This document shows positions 11,146 to 20,352 of a DNA stretch of 64,000 nucleotides, one piece after another. A model generated the notes under the pieces. The model was not told the DNA's origin. It saw only the letters and a program-made list of their open reading frames with translations, and ran no database searches. Both the position numbers and the translations under genes were made by a program. Each line of letters opens with the position of its first letter. The stretch's first letter is position 1. Source of the DNA: Candidatus Eiseniibacteriota bacterium (GTDB taxonomy: Bacteria; Eisenbacteria; RBG-16-71-46; CAVPCR01). The stretch lies in assembly GCA_963702435.1 (NCBI GenBank), contig CAVPCR010000001.1:1-64000 (forward strand). Reading direction: 5' to 3'.

Positions 11146-11624
11146 TGCCGGACCTCTTGAAAGCGGGTGACGTGAAGGTATCGCACGATGTCGATGCGAA
11201 ACAGACCGCAGGAGGCGGCGTGGACGAACGTGTCGAGGTAGGGGTGCCGGTCGGTGAGCAGGCGGGACCACTGCTCGAACTCCGGTCCCGTCGCCACTTC
11301 GTGCGCGCGGCCGGTCGCCGTCACGGCTTCGACGTCCATGAGCCGGCCAGGAAGCGCCGAGCGGTTGTCGACGACGAGCGCCACGTGGGCGCACTCGGAG
11401 AGCAGCCGGAACTTCCTGGTGGCCTTCTGCGTCGCGAAGACCGCCGAATCGAGGTCAGGGGTCATGGCGTACGCCACCAGCGAACCATAGGGTTGCCCCT
11501 GGCCCTGCGTACACAAGACCCCGTACAGCTGGCCGTCGAGGAGCCGCCTGATGGTCCTGTCAAGGTCTTCACCCGGACCACGGTCCGGGGCGGCCTCGCC
11601 CGCGATTTCGTCCGGTAGGTGCAT
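11121..11624 (-). CDS. Pyridoxamine 5'-phosphate oxidase-like flavin-binding split-barrel protein
   Basis: YGVLCTQGQGQPYGSLVAY, FATQKATRK, VALVVDNR, AVTATGRA. Confidence 0.85.
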   Translation of the reverse strand: MHLPDEIAGEAAPDRGPGEDLDRTIRRLLDGQLYGVLCTQGQGQPYGSLVAYAMTPDLDSAVFATQKATRKFRLLSECAHVALVVDNRSALPGRLMDVEAVTATGRAHEVATGPEFEQWSRLLTDRHPYLDTFVHAASCGLFRIDIVRYLHVTRFQEVRQWVPKSRA

Positions 11625-11703
11625 GTTCCTCCCCCGCGCTCTCTGCGGTTCTTGTCGAATCCTGCGAGGCGCCGAGTGTGCGGCGGCGCGCGGCGGCTCA
11701 AGC

Positions 11704-12159
11704 TCAGCCGGCCCGGCCCTCGAACAACGCATTGCACTCCTGCTCGAGCACGCCGCCGATGATCGTGCAGACCCACCCCGGGCTCCGGCTCACCACTTCC
11801 TCTGAGAGGATGTCGATCTGCCGCCAGCCCTGCTGCTGCAGGAAGCGGATCGATGAGCCGAACACCACCGTGCCGATGCCGCTCCAGAGGATGGCCGCCA
11901 GGCACATGGGGCACGGCTCCGCGGTCGTGTAGAGGACGAGGCCGGATTCGCCTCCGCCGCGACCGGATTCGGCGAGGCGGTTGATGGCGTCGATCTCCCC
12001 GTGCCACGTCGGGTTGATCGCCGACTTGTTCCACCCCTCTGCCACCACCTCACCCGTATCGACGCACACGATCAGAGCGCCGAAGGGCAAACGGGGACAA
12101 TTGGCCGTCAGCGCGATGGCCCGACGCATGAAGCGTTCGTGATCGAGGGATTGCATCAC
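11704..12159 (-). CDS. Zn-dependent nucleoside/guanine deaminase family protein
   Basis: PFGALIV, HGE, LYTTAEPCPMC deaminase motifs. Confidence 0.9.
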   Translation of the reverse strand: MMQSLDHERFMRRAIALTANCPRLPFGALIVCVDTGEVVAEGWNKSAINPTWHGEIDAINRLAESGRGGGESGLVLYTTAEPCPMCLAAILWSGIGTVVFGSSIRFLQQQGWRQIDILSEEVVSRSPGWVCTIIGGVLEQECNALFEGRAG

Positions 12160-12327
12160 TCGGCGATGTTACCAGATGGCGGCCAGTCGCGCGGTTCAGG
12201 CTCTCGGTCAGCCGGGTGTTCGTCGACGGGCGGGTCACAGGCGGTTTCTTGATGTTGGCCTCTAGAATCACCGTTGTCCGCTCAACCGGGTCGTGCCCGA
12301 GCGTCAGAGCCTGCTCGTCAGGCCGAC

Positions 12328-12635
12328 TCAACGAAACGCAGCGGCCAGCGCGAGCGCGATGACGCTTCGCGCCGTCCACGCCGCCGCCCAAACCCAAGTT
12401 CGTGCGCGTCAGCCGCACGTGGCCGCCGCATCGAATCCCGCTTCGAGCCGGCGATGGGCCGGAACCTGCCAGATCCAGGTGCTCATCCAGATGACGCCAG
12501 CCAGGGCCCGGGCTGCCCGACGCGGGAGAACAGCGGGTAGTGCACGATCTGCACGAACCAGATCACCCCCGCCATGTACAGCGTCGCCCCCGCGTGCAAG
12601 ATCAGGAGCCACGCGCGAGCCTCGGCTGCCGTCAC
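12328..12635 (-). pseudogene. Conserved small membrane protein with internal deletion and frameshifts
   Basis: LHAGATLYMAGVIWFVQIVHYPLFSRVG jumps to LAGVIWMSTWIWQVPAHRRLEAGFDAA and then NWVWAAAWTAR; the usual middle helix appears to be missing. Confidence 0.55.
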
Positions 12636-13594
12636 AAGGCACCCGCCCGCACGGCCTCGGCTGCTGCCCAACCCGAGAGCGCCGCACCCTCGACCCGCGG
12701 GCCGGCAAACGCGTCGCCGGCCAGCACTAGCGGCGGGCCTTGACCGACCATCGCGCAGCGGTGTTCCTGCACCTGCAGCGGCTTGCTGTAGAGCCAGCCG
12801 TGAACCTGGAACGTCCGCACGTCCGCGCCCAGCCAGCCGTTCGCGGCGTCGAGCAGTCGACGGCCGCTTTCCAGCCGATCGCGCTCCCAATGTTCCAGAC
12901 TGAAGGCGTGAGTGGCATGAATCGTGACAGCGGGTTCCGCCGAGATTCCTTTCAGCTGATTGTCCGCGATCCAGGCGATCGGGCCGTCGTGGGGCGCCAG
13001 GCCGCCTGGCGGCGCCAGACGCGACGGGCCCGCGAGCACAGCCATCACGGCCAGACACCGCTCGTACTCAATGCCCTCGAGTCTGGCGCGGGTCTCCGGT
13101 TGAAGGGCGACCGCGCCAGCCTTCAGGATCGCCAGCGACTGCGGCACAGGCGGCGTCAGCACCACGGCGCCGGCGGACCACACGCTTCCGGTCTCGGTCT
13201 CCGCGCTCCAATGATGCCGGGACGCCCTCAGCGTCACGACCCGCGTTTCCATCACGATCTCGATGCCGCGAGCCAGGTGCTTGGCGACGGAAGTCATGGC
13301 GGGGTGTCCCCGCCAGCGCACATGCGCATCCGAGCTGTCCCCGACGCCGCGGTGCCATTCCTCGACGGCCAGGGCGCGGCGGCAATCCTCGACGAGTGCC
13401 GCGAAACGAGATGTCCGGGCCGTGATGAACTGCGCGCCATGGTCGAACGCGGCCCCGCCGATCCGCCGGCTTGCCAGCCGGCCGCCGACGCCTCGGCCCT
13501 TGTCGAGCACCAGCACCCCGCAGCCGGCGCGCTGGAGCTCGGCGGCCGCGGTCAACCCGGCCATCCCGGCGCCGATGACGAGCACGTCGGCCAT
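12632..13594 (-). CDS. Renalase-like NAD/FAD-dependent oxidoreductase
   Basis: VIGAGMAGL, DKGRGVGGRLASRR, FDHGAQFIT, LAGDAFAGPRVEGAALSG. Confidence 0.9.
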   Translation of the reverse strand: MADVLVIGAGMAGLTAAAELQRAGCGVLVLDKGRGVGGRLASRRIGGAAFDHGAQFITARTSRFAALVEDCRRALAVEEWHRGVGDSSDAHVRWRGHPAMTSVAKHLARGIEIVMETRVVTLRASRHHWSAETETGSVWSAGAVVLTPPVPQSLAILKAGAVALQPETRARLEGIEYERCLAVMAVLAGPSRLAPPGGLAPHDGPIAWIADNQLKGISAEPAVTIHATHAFSLEHWERDRLESGRRLLDAANGWLGADVRTFQVHGWLYSKPLQVQEHRCAMVGQGPPLVLAGDAFAGPRVEGAALSGWAAAEAVRAGAL

Positions 13595-13655
13595 CTGTCC
13601 AGATTCCTGCTTCACATCAGGGATAGTACTCCACGAGGGCCACGCATAGGAGCCC

Positions 13656-15171
13656 ATGACCCGAATCGCCTTCTACACCTGCATCTCGACCGGCGAGGAC
13701 CACCAGAAGTACTCGCTCGGCGCCCAGGAAGATCGCTTGCGCGCCTTTTGCCATGCGCAGTACGGGACCGAGTGGCGGCTGTTCAAGACCTACCGGGACA
13801 CCGAGTCGGGCACCCACATGCACCGGCCCGGCCTCGAAGAGATGTTGTTCGACGCCGAAGCGAAAGCGTTCGATGAGTTGCTCGTCTTCCGCGTGGACCG
13901 CCTCTCGCGCAAGGTCCGTGAACTGGCGCAGATGGTCGATGAACTGGGAAGAACGGCATCACGCTCAAGTCGATCACCGAGCCGTTCGACACCGCGAACG
14001 CCGCCGGCAAGATGATGCTGCAGATGCTCGGTGTGTTCGCCGATTTTGAACACGCGACGATCGTCGAGCGCACTAAGGTCGGGATGGAGAAGAAGGCCCG
14101 GGGCGGGCGCTTCGTCGGCGGGCAGATCCCGTATGGCTACGCTCTCGACCCCGAGAAGGGCCTCGTCGCTCACCCGGAAGAATCGGCTGTCATCGGCCGG
14201 ATGTTCAAGATGTACGGCTTCGGCATGGAGGGCGTGCACACGATCACGAACCGGCTGAACGACGCGGGCTACCGGAAGCGGAGCGGCAAGAAGTGGGACC
14301 GCCGCGTCATCCTCCACATCCTCAGGAACCCGATCTACGTCGGCAAGCTGCGCTGGCGCCAGGTCGTCCATGAGGCGCACCACGAGCCGCTCGTCTCGCA
14401 GGCGCTCTTCGACAAGGTCAGCGGCGAGCTGAAGGAGCGGGTCGAGGACTTGAACGGCCGCCGCTGGCACAACAACGACGAGCGGCTCCTGACTGGCGTC
14501 ATGCGCTGCGGTCGGTGCCACGCTCACATGTTCGGCGCCGACGCCAAGAAGAAGGGCAAGTACTTCCCGTACTACGTCTGCTCGAAGCGCATCAACACGA
14601 AGGAGTGCGACCAGGACTACGTCCGCGCCGACTACCTCGAAGCGGCGATCATCGAGGACGTGAAGACCCTGTTCCGGGACGATGCGTTCGTCACGCGGGT
14701 CTGGGAGGAAACGAATCGCCGGCTCGCCGCCGAACGCCCGGATCTAGAGAAGGAGATCACGAGCGCCGAGTCGCAGGTCTCGGCCCTGCGCTCCCGCCTC
14801 GATCGCTACTTCGAGGCGTTCGAGAACGGCTCGCTCAAAGCCGAGGTCTGCGGGAGAAGACCGAGGACCTGAATCGCCAGGTGCTCGCGCTCGAAGCGGA
14901 GTTACGGAAGCTGCGTGAGCGCCGCCAGCAACTCGAACTCCCCGCGCTCGACCGGGCAGCCGTCGCGGCGCTCATGGACGACTTCGAGCAGGTGATGGCG
15001 GCCGGCACGAACCCCCAGAAGAAGCACCTCCTCCACCAAGTAGTGAAGAAGGTGCTCGTTCATGACCGGCTGACGGTCGAGGTCTGGTACGGACTCCCGT
15101 ACCCGCCTCGCCTCGCACACCGGGACATTTGGCTCCCCAAGAAGGACTCGAACCAGCGACCCGTTGGTTAA
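13656..15171 (+). mobile_element. Large serine recombinase (resolvase, recombinase, Zn-ribbon, coiled coil), frameshifted near 13950 and 14855
   Basis: YTCIST (catalytic Ser kept, usual Arg replaced by Cys), SLGAQ, FRVDRLSR, PYGY, ILRNPIYVG, HEPLVS, CGRC...YYVC...C; SD AGGAG. Confidence 0.9.
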
Positions 15172-15173
15172 CA
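15130..15173 (-). other. 3' fragment of tRNA-Asn(GTT), probable att site
   Basis: Minus strand reads TGTTAACCAACGGGTCGCTGGTTCGAGTCCTTCTTGGGGAGCCA: anticodon loop GTT, TTCGAGT T-loop, acceptor strand and CCA; no D-arm or 5' half upstream. Confidence 0.75.
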
Positions 15174-15205
15174 CCGCCCGGCTCCGATCGACCGTTCCCC
15201 GCCCG

Positions 15206-15282
15206 GCCGCGCGATCGCCCCAGGCACCCGCCATTGCCCCCGCCGCGCCATCGCCCCAGGCACCCGCCATTGCCCCCGCCGC
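15206..15282. repeat. 36-bp tandem duplication (2 copies plus partial)
   Basis: gccgcgcgatcgccccaggcacccgccattgccccc followed by gccgcgccatcgccccaggcacccgccattgccccc, one mismatch. Confidence 0.9.
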
Positions 15283-15307
15283 CGCACCGCCGTAGAATCC
15301 CCGGCTG

Positions 15308-16198
15308 ATGAGCACTTCACCCCGCACGAACCGCGATCGTCTCGCAATCCAGTCCGTGATCGGCGAGATCACGAGCCCGCTCGCGAACGCGGCCGCCTTC
15401 CGCATCGGGCACGACGGCACCCCACGCGTGACGCCCGCCACCGGCGGCATCACCTACAACTACCGGATCGGCGACTCGGCGGTCGATCTGGTCGGCGATC
15501 ACATCGAACCAGGCGTGTCGATCCGGAACCTGGAAGGCGACCGCAGCCTCACCTCGCCCACCAATCTCGCCCTCAACACGCTCGCCTGCATCGGGAACCG
15601 CGCCCGCGTGGTCTCGGGCGATGCCAAGGGCGAGACGGGGTACGTGACCGGGCTCCACGGCGGCATCAACCACGTGCTGGTGGACTTCCCGAGTGTCGTC
15701 CTCGAGCAGCTCGTGATCGGCGACCGCATCCAGATCAAGGCCTGCGGCATGGGGCTCGCGCTCCCCGATCATCCGCAAGTCGCGGTCATGAACATCGACC
15801 CCGACGTCTTCGACCGCCTCGGCGTCAACCCCGCGGAGAACGGACTCCTCGAGGTGCCGGTCACCCACCGAGTGCCGGCCAAGATCATGGGCTCGGGGAT
15901 CGGCCACCCGCATGTCGCGACCGGCGACTACGACATCCAGCTCTTCGACGAGCGGGTCGTCGCCGAGTACGGGCTCGCGAGCCTCCGCTTCGGCGACTTG
16001 GTCGCCATCCTCGACGCGGCGCACGAGCACGGGCGGCTCTACTACGGTGGCGCCGTGTCGGTCGGCGTGGTCGTGCACTCGCGCTCGGATGTCGCCGGGC
16101 ACGGGCCGGGCGTGACCACGATCATGACCTCGCGAAGCGGCAAGATCCGGCCGGTGATCGACCCCAAGGCGAATCTCAAGAGGTTGCTCTACGGCTAG
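15308..16198 (+). CDS. DUF4438-family protein
   Basis: RTNRDRL..QSVIGEI, GGITYN, DHIEPGVS, ACIGN, VTGLHGGINHV, MGSGIG, GDYDI, GHGPGVT. Confidence 0.8.
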   Translation: MSTSPRTNRDRLAIQSVIGEITSPLANAAAFRIGHDGTPRVTPATGGITYNYRIGDSAVDLVGDHIEPGVSIRNLEGDRSLTSPTNLALNTLACIGNRARVVSGDAKGETGYVTGLHGGINHVLVDFPSVVLEQLVIGDRIQIKACGMGLALPDHPQVAVMNIDPDVFDRLGVNPAENGLLEVPVTHRVPAKIMGSGIGHPHVATGDYDIQLFDERVVAEYGLASLRFGDLVAILDAAHEHGRLYYGGAVSVGVVVHSRSDVAGHGPGVTTIMTSRSGKIRPVIDPKANLKRLLYG

Positions 16199-16205
16199 GC
16201 CGGCC

Positions 16206-17351
16206 ATGGCGGCTGCTGCAACGGCGACCGCGACCGAGCGGCCCCGCATCCTCCACTTCTTCGGCGGCTCGGCGCTCGGCGGGAGCGAGCTCGGCGCCCG
16301 CGAGTACATGCGCGGGCAGACCCGCTTCGCGCACGAGGTGCTCTTCCTCGAGCCGCTTGGCGCCGCCGCGCCGTACTACGAAGCCGCGGGCTATCCGGTC
16401 GCGAGCCTCGAGCTTGGACGCCGCTCGCTCCTTGCGGTGCGCGCCGCACTCGCCGCGCATGTCGCCCAGCACCACCCCGACCTCGTGCATGCCTACGGCC
16501 TCCGCCCGAGCCTCCTCGTCCGCCTCCTCCCCCGCCGCCCGGCGCTCGTCCAGGCGATCCACTCGGTGGATGCGCATCGCCCGCGGTGGCAGGCGCTCCT
16601 CGATCGCGCCACCGCCGGCCACGTGGACCGCTACATCACGAACTCGGAAGCCGGCGCCCGCTTCCTCGCCGCCGAGCGCCATGTCGCTCCCGCGCGCATC
16701 CGCGTCGTCGCGAACGGGATCGACGTCGAGGCCGTGGCCAGCGCTACCGCCACGCGCGCCGCCGCCCGCACCGCGCTCGGCATCCCCCCCGACACCATCG
16801 TCCTCCTCACCGTCGCCAACCTGCGCGCCCCGAAGGGGCTCGACGTGTTGGTGGATGCGGCGACGCGCCTCGCCGGGCGAGCGGAGGCCGCGGCGCATCC
16901 CTTCGTGTGGCTCGTCGCCGGCGAGGGACCCCTCGCCGCCGACCTCGGGCGTGACATCGAGCGGTGCGGACTCACCAGCACCGTGCGCCTCCTCGGATTC
17001 CGCCGCGACGTCGCGGCGCTCCTCGCCGCCGCCGACATCTTCTGTCTCACCTCGCGGCGCGAGGGGGTGCCGGTCGCGATCCTCGAGGCGATGGCGGCGG
17101 GGCGGGCGGTGGTGGCGACACGTGTGGGCGGCGTCGCCGAGCTGATCGTGGCCGGTGAGACTGGCCTTCTCGTCGCTCCCGGCGATCCCGCGGCGACCGC
17201 CGCCGCGCTCGCCGAGCTCATCGCCTCCGCCGCGCGGCGGGAGCAGTTCGGCGCTGCCGGCCAGGCGCGCGCCCGCGCCCACTTCACGATCGAGCGCGCC
17301 CAGGCGGCGATCGCCGCCGTCTACGACGAGGTTCTCGCCGGCCGTGTCTGA
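16206..17351 (+). CDS. GT4 (GT-B fold) glycosyltransferase
   Basis: VANGID, KGLDVL, SRREGVPVAILEAMAAGRAVVAT. Confidence 0.9.
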   Translation: MAAAATATATERPRILHFFGGSALGGSELGAREYMRGQTRFAHEVLFLEPLGAAAPYYEAAGYPVASLELGRRSLLAVRAALAAHVAQHHPDLVHAYGLRPSLLVRLLPRRPALVQAIHSVDAHRPRWQALLDRATAGHVDRYITNSEAGARFLAAERHVAPARIRVVANGIDVEAVASATATRAAARTALGIPPDTIVLLTVANLRAPKGLDVLVDAATRLAGRAEAAAHPFVWLVAGEGPLAADLGRDIERCGLTSTVRLLGFRRDVAALLAAADIFCLTSRREGVPVAILEAMAAGRAVVATRVGGVAELIVAGETGLLVAPGDPAATAAALAELIASAARREQFGAAGQARARAHFTIERAQAAIAAVYDEVLAGRV

Positions 17352-18163
17352 CCGGGCCCGAGCGCGACCCACACCGGCCGGTGATCGCTCGCGCCGCCCG
17401 CATCGGAGACCGTGCCGGCAACCGCATCACGATCCGGCGCGAACCCGCGTGCAAAGATGTGGTCCCACGAGAAGAAGGAGACGGTCGGTCCCACCTCGGC
17501 GGTCGGCCAGGTGTAGCCGGCGGCCTCGAACATCTCGCCGAGCCCGTGGCTGTTGAGATCGCCGGCGATGAGGACCGGATCCGGGGACATCGCTGCATCG
17601 ACAAGGATCGCGCGCACCTGATCGCGGCGCTCGCGATCGCCGAGGGCGAACGGGGTCTCGAGATGGATGCTGTAGATGCGCACCCGCTCGCCGTTCACCG
17701 CGACGGTGGCGATGACCGCAGCGCGCTCGAGACCTCGCGTGCGGCTCCGATGCGGGAGCGGGAGCTTGCGGCTCGCGAGGATCGGCCACGGCGACAGGAT
17801 CGCGTTCCCGAAGTTCCGATCGTTCACCGGATGCACGGCGCTCGGGTAGTAGACGTAGTTCAGGTCGAGGGCGCGCGCGATGCGCTCGACCCCCATCTCG
17901 TCCATCTCCTGGAGCGCGAGCACGTCCGGCGCGCGGAGGGCCGGATCCGCGGCGAGGAGAGCGATCGCCGCGTCGATGTGGCGCGCGAACTGGATGTTGA
18001 AGCTGACAAGACGGAGGGCCGAATCGGGGGCCGCCGGCACCGCGTATCCCCCGCTGAAGCGCGGGTGCTCCGGGTCGGCGTAGTTCGCCGCCCGCGCACA
18101 GGCGAGCGACAACACGGCCACCGCCACCGGCGCAACGAGGAGAGCCCGTCGCCCTCGCCGCAC
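17321..18163 (-). CDS. Endonuclease/exonuclease/phosphatase family protein, probable lipoprotein
   Basis: [38 protein letters not shown]; lipobox-like LSLAC. Confidence 0.9.
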   Translation of the reverse strand: MRRGRRALLVAPVAVAVLSLACARAANYADPEHPRFSGGYAVPAAPDSALRLVSFNIQFARHIDAAIALLAADPALRAPDVLALQEMDEMGVERIARALDLNYVYYPSAVHPVNDRNFGNAILSPWPILASRKLPLPHRSRTRGLERAAVIATVAVNGERVRIYSIHLETPFALGDRERRDQVRAILVDAAMSPDPVLIAGDLNSHGLGEMFEAAGYTWPTAEVGPTVSFFSWDHIFARGFAPDRDAVAGTVSDAGGASDHRPVWVALGPGQTRPARTSS

Positions 18164-18164
18164 G

Positions 18165-18924
18165 CTAACCCCGCCTCCCCGTCACGTAGTCCTCGGTGAG
18201 CGACTGCTTCGGCCGCGTGAAGATCTCGGACGTCGCATCGTACTCGACGAGCTCGCCGAGCCAGAAGAACCCCGCTCGGTGCGAGACGCGCGCTGCCTGC
18301 TGCATGTTGTGGGTGACGATGACGATCGTGTACTCCTTGGCCAGCTTGTCCATGAGGGTCTCGACGCGGAGCGTGGCCACCGGGTCGAGCGCCGAGCAGG
18401 GCTCGTCCATGAGGATGATCTCGGGGCTGGTGGCCACCGTCCGCGCGATGCAGAGCCGCTGCTGCTGCCCGGGGTTCAGGGCAAGCGCCGGCCCGTCGAG
18501 TGCGTCCTTGACCTCGTCCCACAGCCCGACCTCGACCAGGCTCTCCTCCACTCGCGCCGCCAGCTCGCCGGCGTTCTGCGTGAGACCGAGCACGGCGGGA
18601 CCGAAGGCCACGTTGTCGAAGATGCGTCTGCGGAAACGGATTCGGGCGCTGAAACACCATCCCCACCCGCCGGCGGAGGTCGACCACGTCGACCGCCGGG
18701 TCGTAGATGTCCTGCCCGTCGATGAGGACATCCCCTACCGCCCGCGCCCCCTTGATGCGGTCGTTCATGCGATTCAAGGCGCGCAGGAACGTCGTCTTGC
18801 CGCACCCGGAGGGGCCGATGAGCGCGGTGATCCGGCGCTCGGGGATCTCGAGCGACACACTCTTCAGTGCCTGGAAGTCGCCGTAGTAGAAGTCGAGACG
18901 GCGGACATCGATCTTGGTCGTCAT
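18165..18924 (-). CDS. pstB: Phosphate ABC transporter ATPase (copy 3), one frameshift near 18628
   Basis: [60 protein letters not shown]; signature motif is LNPGQ. Confidence 0.9.
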
Positions 18925-18967
18925 GGCCGTGCAGGCATTCTACCCGATCGCGTCCCCCGACGTACTG

Positions 18968-19213
18968 CCCGAGGCGCCCGGTGACGTGATCCCCCGCCCG
19001 CCGGTCGGCGGAGCCCGTTGAGATGCGGGCCGCCGTGTCCACGTCGACGAGCTCGCCATCGAGGGGGAGCGCGGGCGGGAGGACCTGGTGGCGGATGGTT
19101 GGCCACGTGGTGGCGCCGAGGCTCACACTCACGGTGCGGGATTCGGCGGGCACGGCGCCGATCGCCTCCTCTGCGATCGAGATCACGACCGGGAGCGTCA
19201 TCAGGCCGAGGGT
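18968..19213 (-). pseudogene. Fused pstA-internal / pstB-C-terminal remnant
   Basis: TLGLMTLPVVISIAEEAIGAVPAESRTVSVSLGATTWPTIRHQVLP aligns to pstA 24070-24215; it is joined in frame to LDGELVDVDTAARISTGSADRRAGDHVTGRLG, which aligns to pstB 22928-23025. Confidence 0.85.
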
Positions 19214-19280
19214 TGTGGCGCGGGAACTCCGGCGTCGTTCTCGCAAAGCGGAGATTGCCGAAGAATCTGTGAGACAGCCG

Positions 19281-19997
19281 CTAGTACTGATACGTAATGT
19301 GGACCTTCTGGAGCTTCCCCTCCTCATCGACGATGTTCGACACCCCGTGATACTCGATGAGCCGCATATGCTTCTTGTCGTAAACGGCTTCCAGCTCCGG
19401 CACGAACAAGCTGAAGAGCCAGTTCGAGATTCTCACCTTGACCCGTATCGTGTCACCCTCGGACCCGAGGCTCAGGATCTTGAAGGTATAAGGCTTGAGC
19501 CTGTTGGGAAGTATCAGCCTCACGATCAGATCGTCACCGCTTTCCACCCTGTCGAGATTGCTCACCAGATAGTAGTGCCAACCTTGGCATGAATACACGT
19601 CAGTGGTGTCATCCAGGACCTTCGTTTTCTCCCCCACTTCCGGTTCCTCATGGAAGATCGAGTACTGCCCTCCCTCGAAGCGAAGGCCCTCCCTGAGGCC
19701 ACGACGGGAATCTTCGAAAGCGTACGTGGGCATCAGCGCGTTCATGCTGTAGTCTGACTGGAGCTTCGCGAACTCGCTATCCGAGGGATCCAGGTACGAC
19801 GTGAGCGAGCTGGCGATGCGCTCGTCATCGTACTTCACCTCGTGCTTCTCCCTGTACAGCAGGTTTCCACCCTCGTCCCTCGCCTCACCCCAGTAGATCT
19901 CTGCCCGCGCCTCGGCCCGCACCTGGCCTGCGTGCGCCGACAGCAGCGTGGCCACGACGAGCGTCATGAGTGCACCCGGCGACGTTCTTACCCGCAT
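19281..19997 (-). CDS. Hypothetical exported protein, lower GC than its flanks
   Basis: Signal peptide ending in VRA/ARA, natural composition (LLYREKH, RLIEYHGVSNI); visibly more A/T-rich DNA. Confidence 0.75.
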   Translation of the reverse strand: MRVRTSPGALMTLVVATLLSAHAGQVRAEARAEIYWGEARDEGGNLLYREKHEVKYDDERIASSLTSYLDPSDSEFAKLQSDYSMNALMPTYAFEDSRRGLREGLRFEGGQYSIFHEEPEVGEKTKVLDDTTDVYSCQGWHYYLVSNLDRVESGDDLIVRLILPNRLKPYTFKILSLGSEGDTIRVKVRISNWLFSLFVPELEAVYDKKHMRLIEYHGVSNIVDEEGKLQKVHITYQY

Positions 19998-20352
19998 TGT
20001 CCAGTTCCTCGGGGGGATCATCTGTTCGAAACGACCGCTCAAGCCAGCGCACGAGCTACCGGCTGGAGGACACCGGCCGGCGCCCTCCTCCCCACGGCGG
20101 AACCGTAGCACCAACCGTGGATCTCACATAGAACCCCTCAGGGCTTCGAGAGATCCGCCTAAAGTTGGCGAGGACAGCCCCGTGCCACGCCCTGGAAGAT
20201 CGGTTGAAGGACCTGACCCCGTCCCTTCCCATCCGGCCGGCCGTCAAAGAGTGCGACCGGGACTGGGCACATGCGGGAGTCGCGAACGCGGCACGGTGGT
20301 CAACCCTTGCACGGGCTACCAAGCAGCCTCCTCCGGCAGCTACCGGCAACAG

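Noticed and set aside
15130..15230. Complete or intron-split tRNA-Asn
   Set aside because: No 5' acceptor strand or D-arm was found upstream, and the T-stem does not pair.
15206..15282. 36-bp repeat as a CRISPR array
   Set aside because: The copies are adjacent with no spacers, there are only two, and no cas genes are present.
1..18924. Dense frameshifts read as programmed frameshifting or mass pseudogenisation
   Set aside because: Single-base indels hit many unrelated, otherwise well-conserved genes, mostly without in-frame stops or slippery motifs; tldD shows the same. Low-coverage long-read error is the simpler explanation, although reads are needed to confirm.
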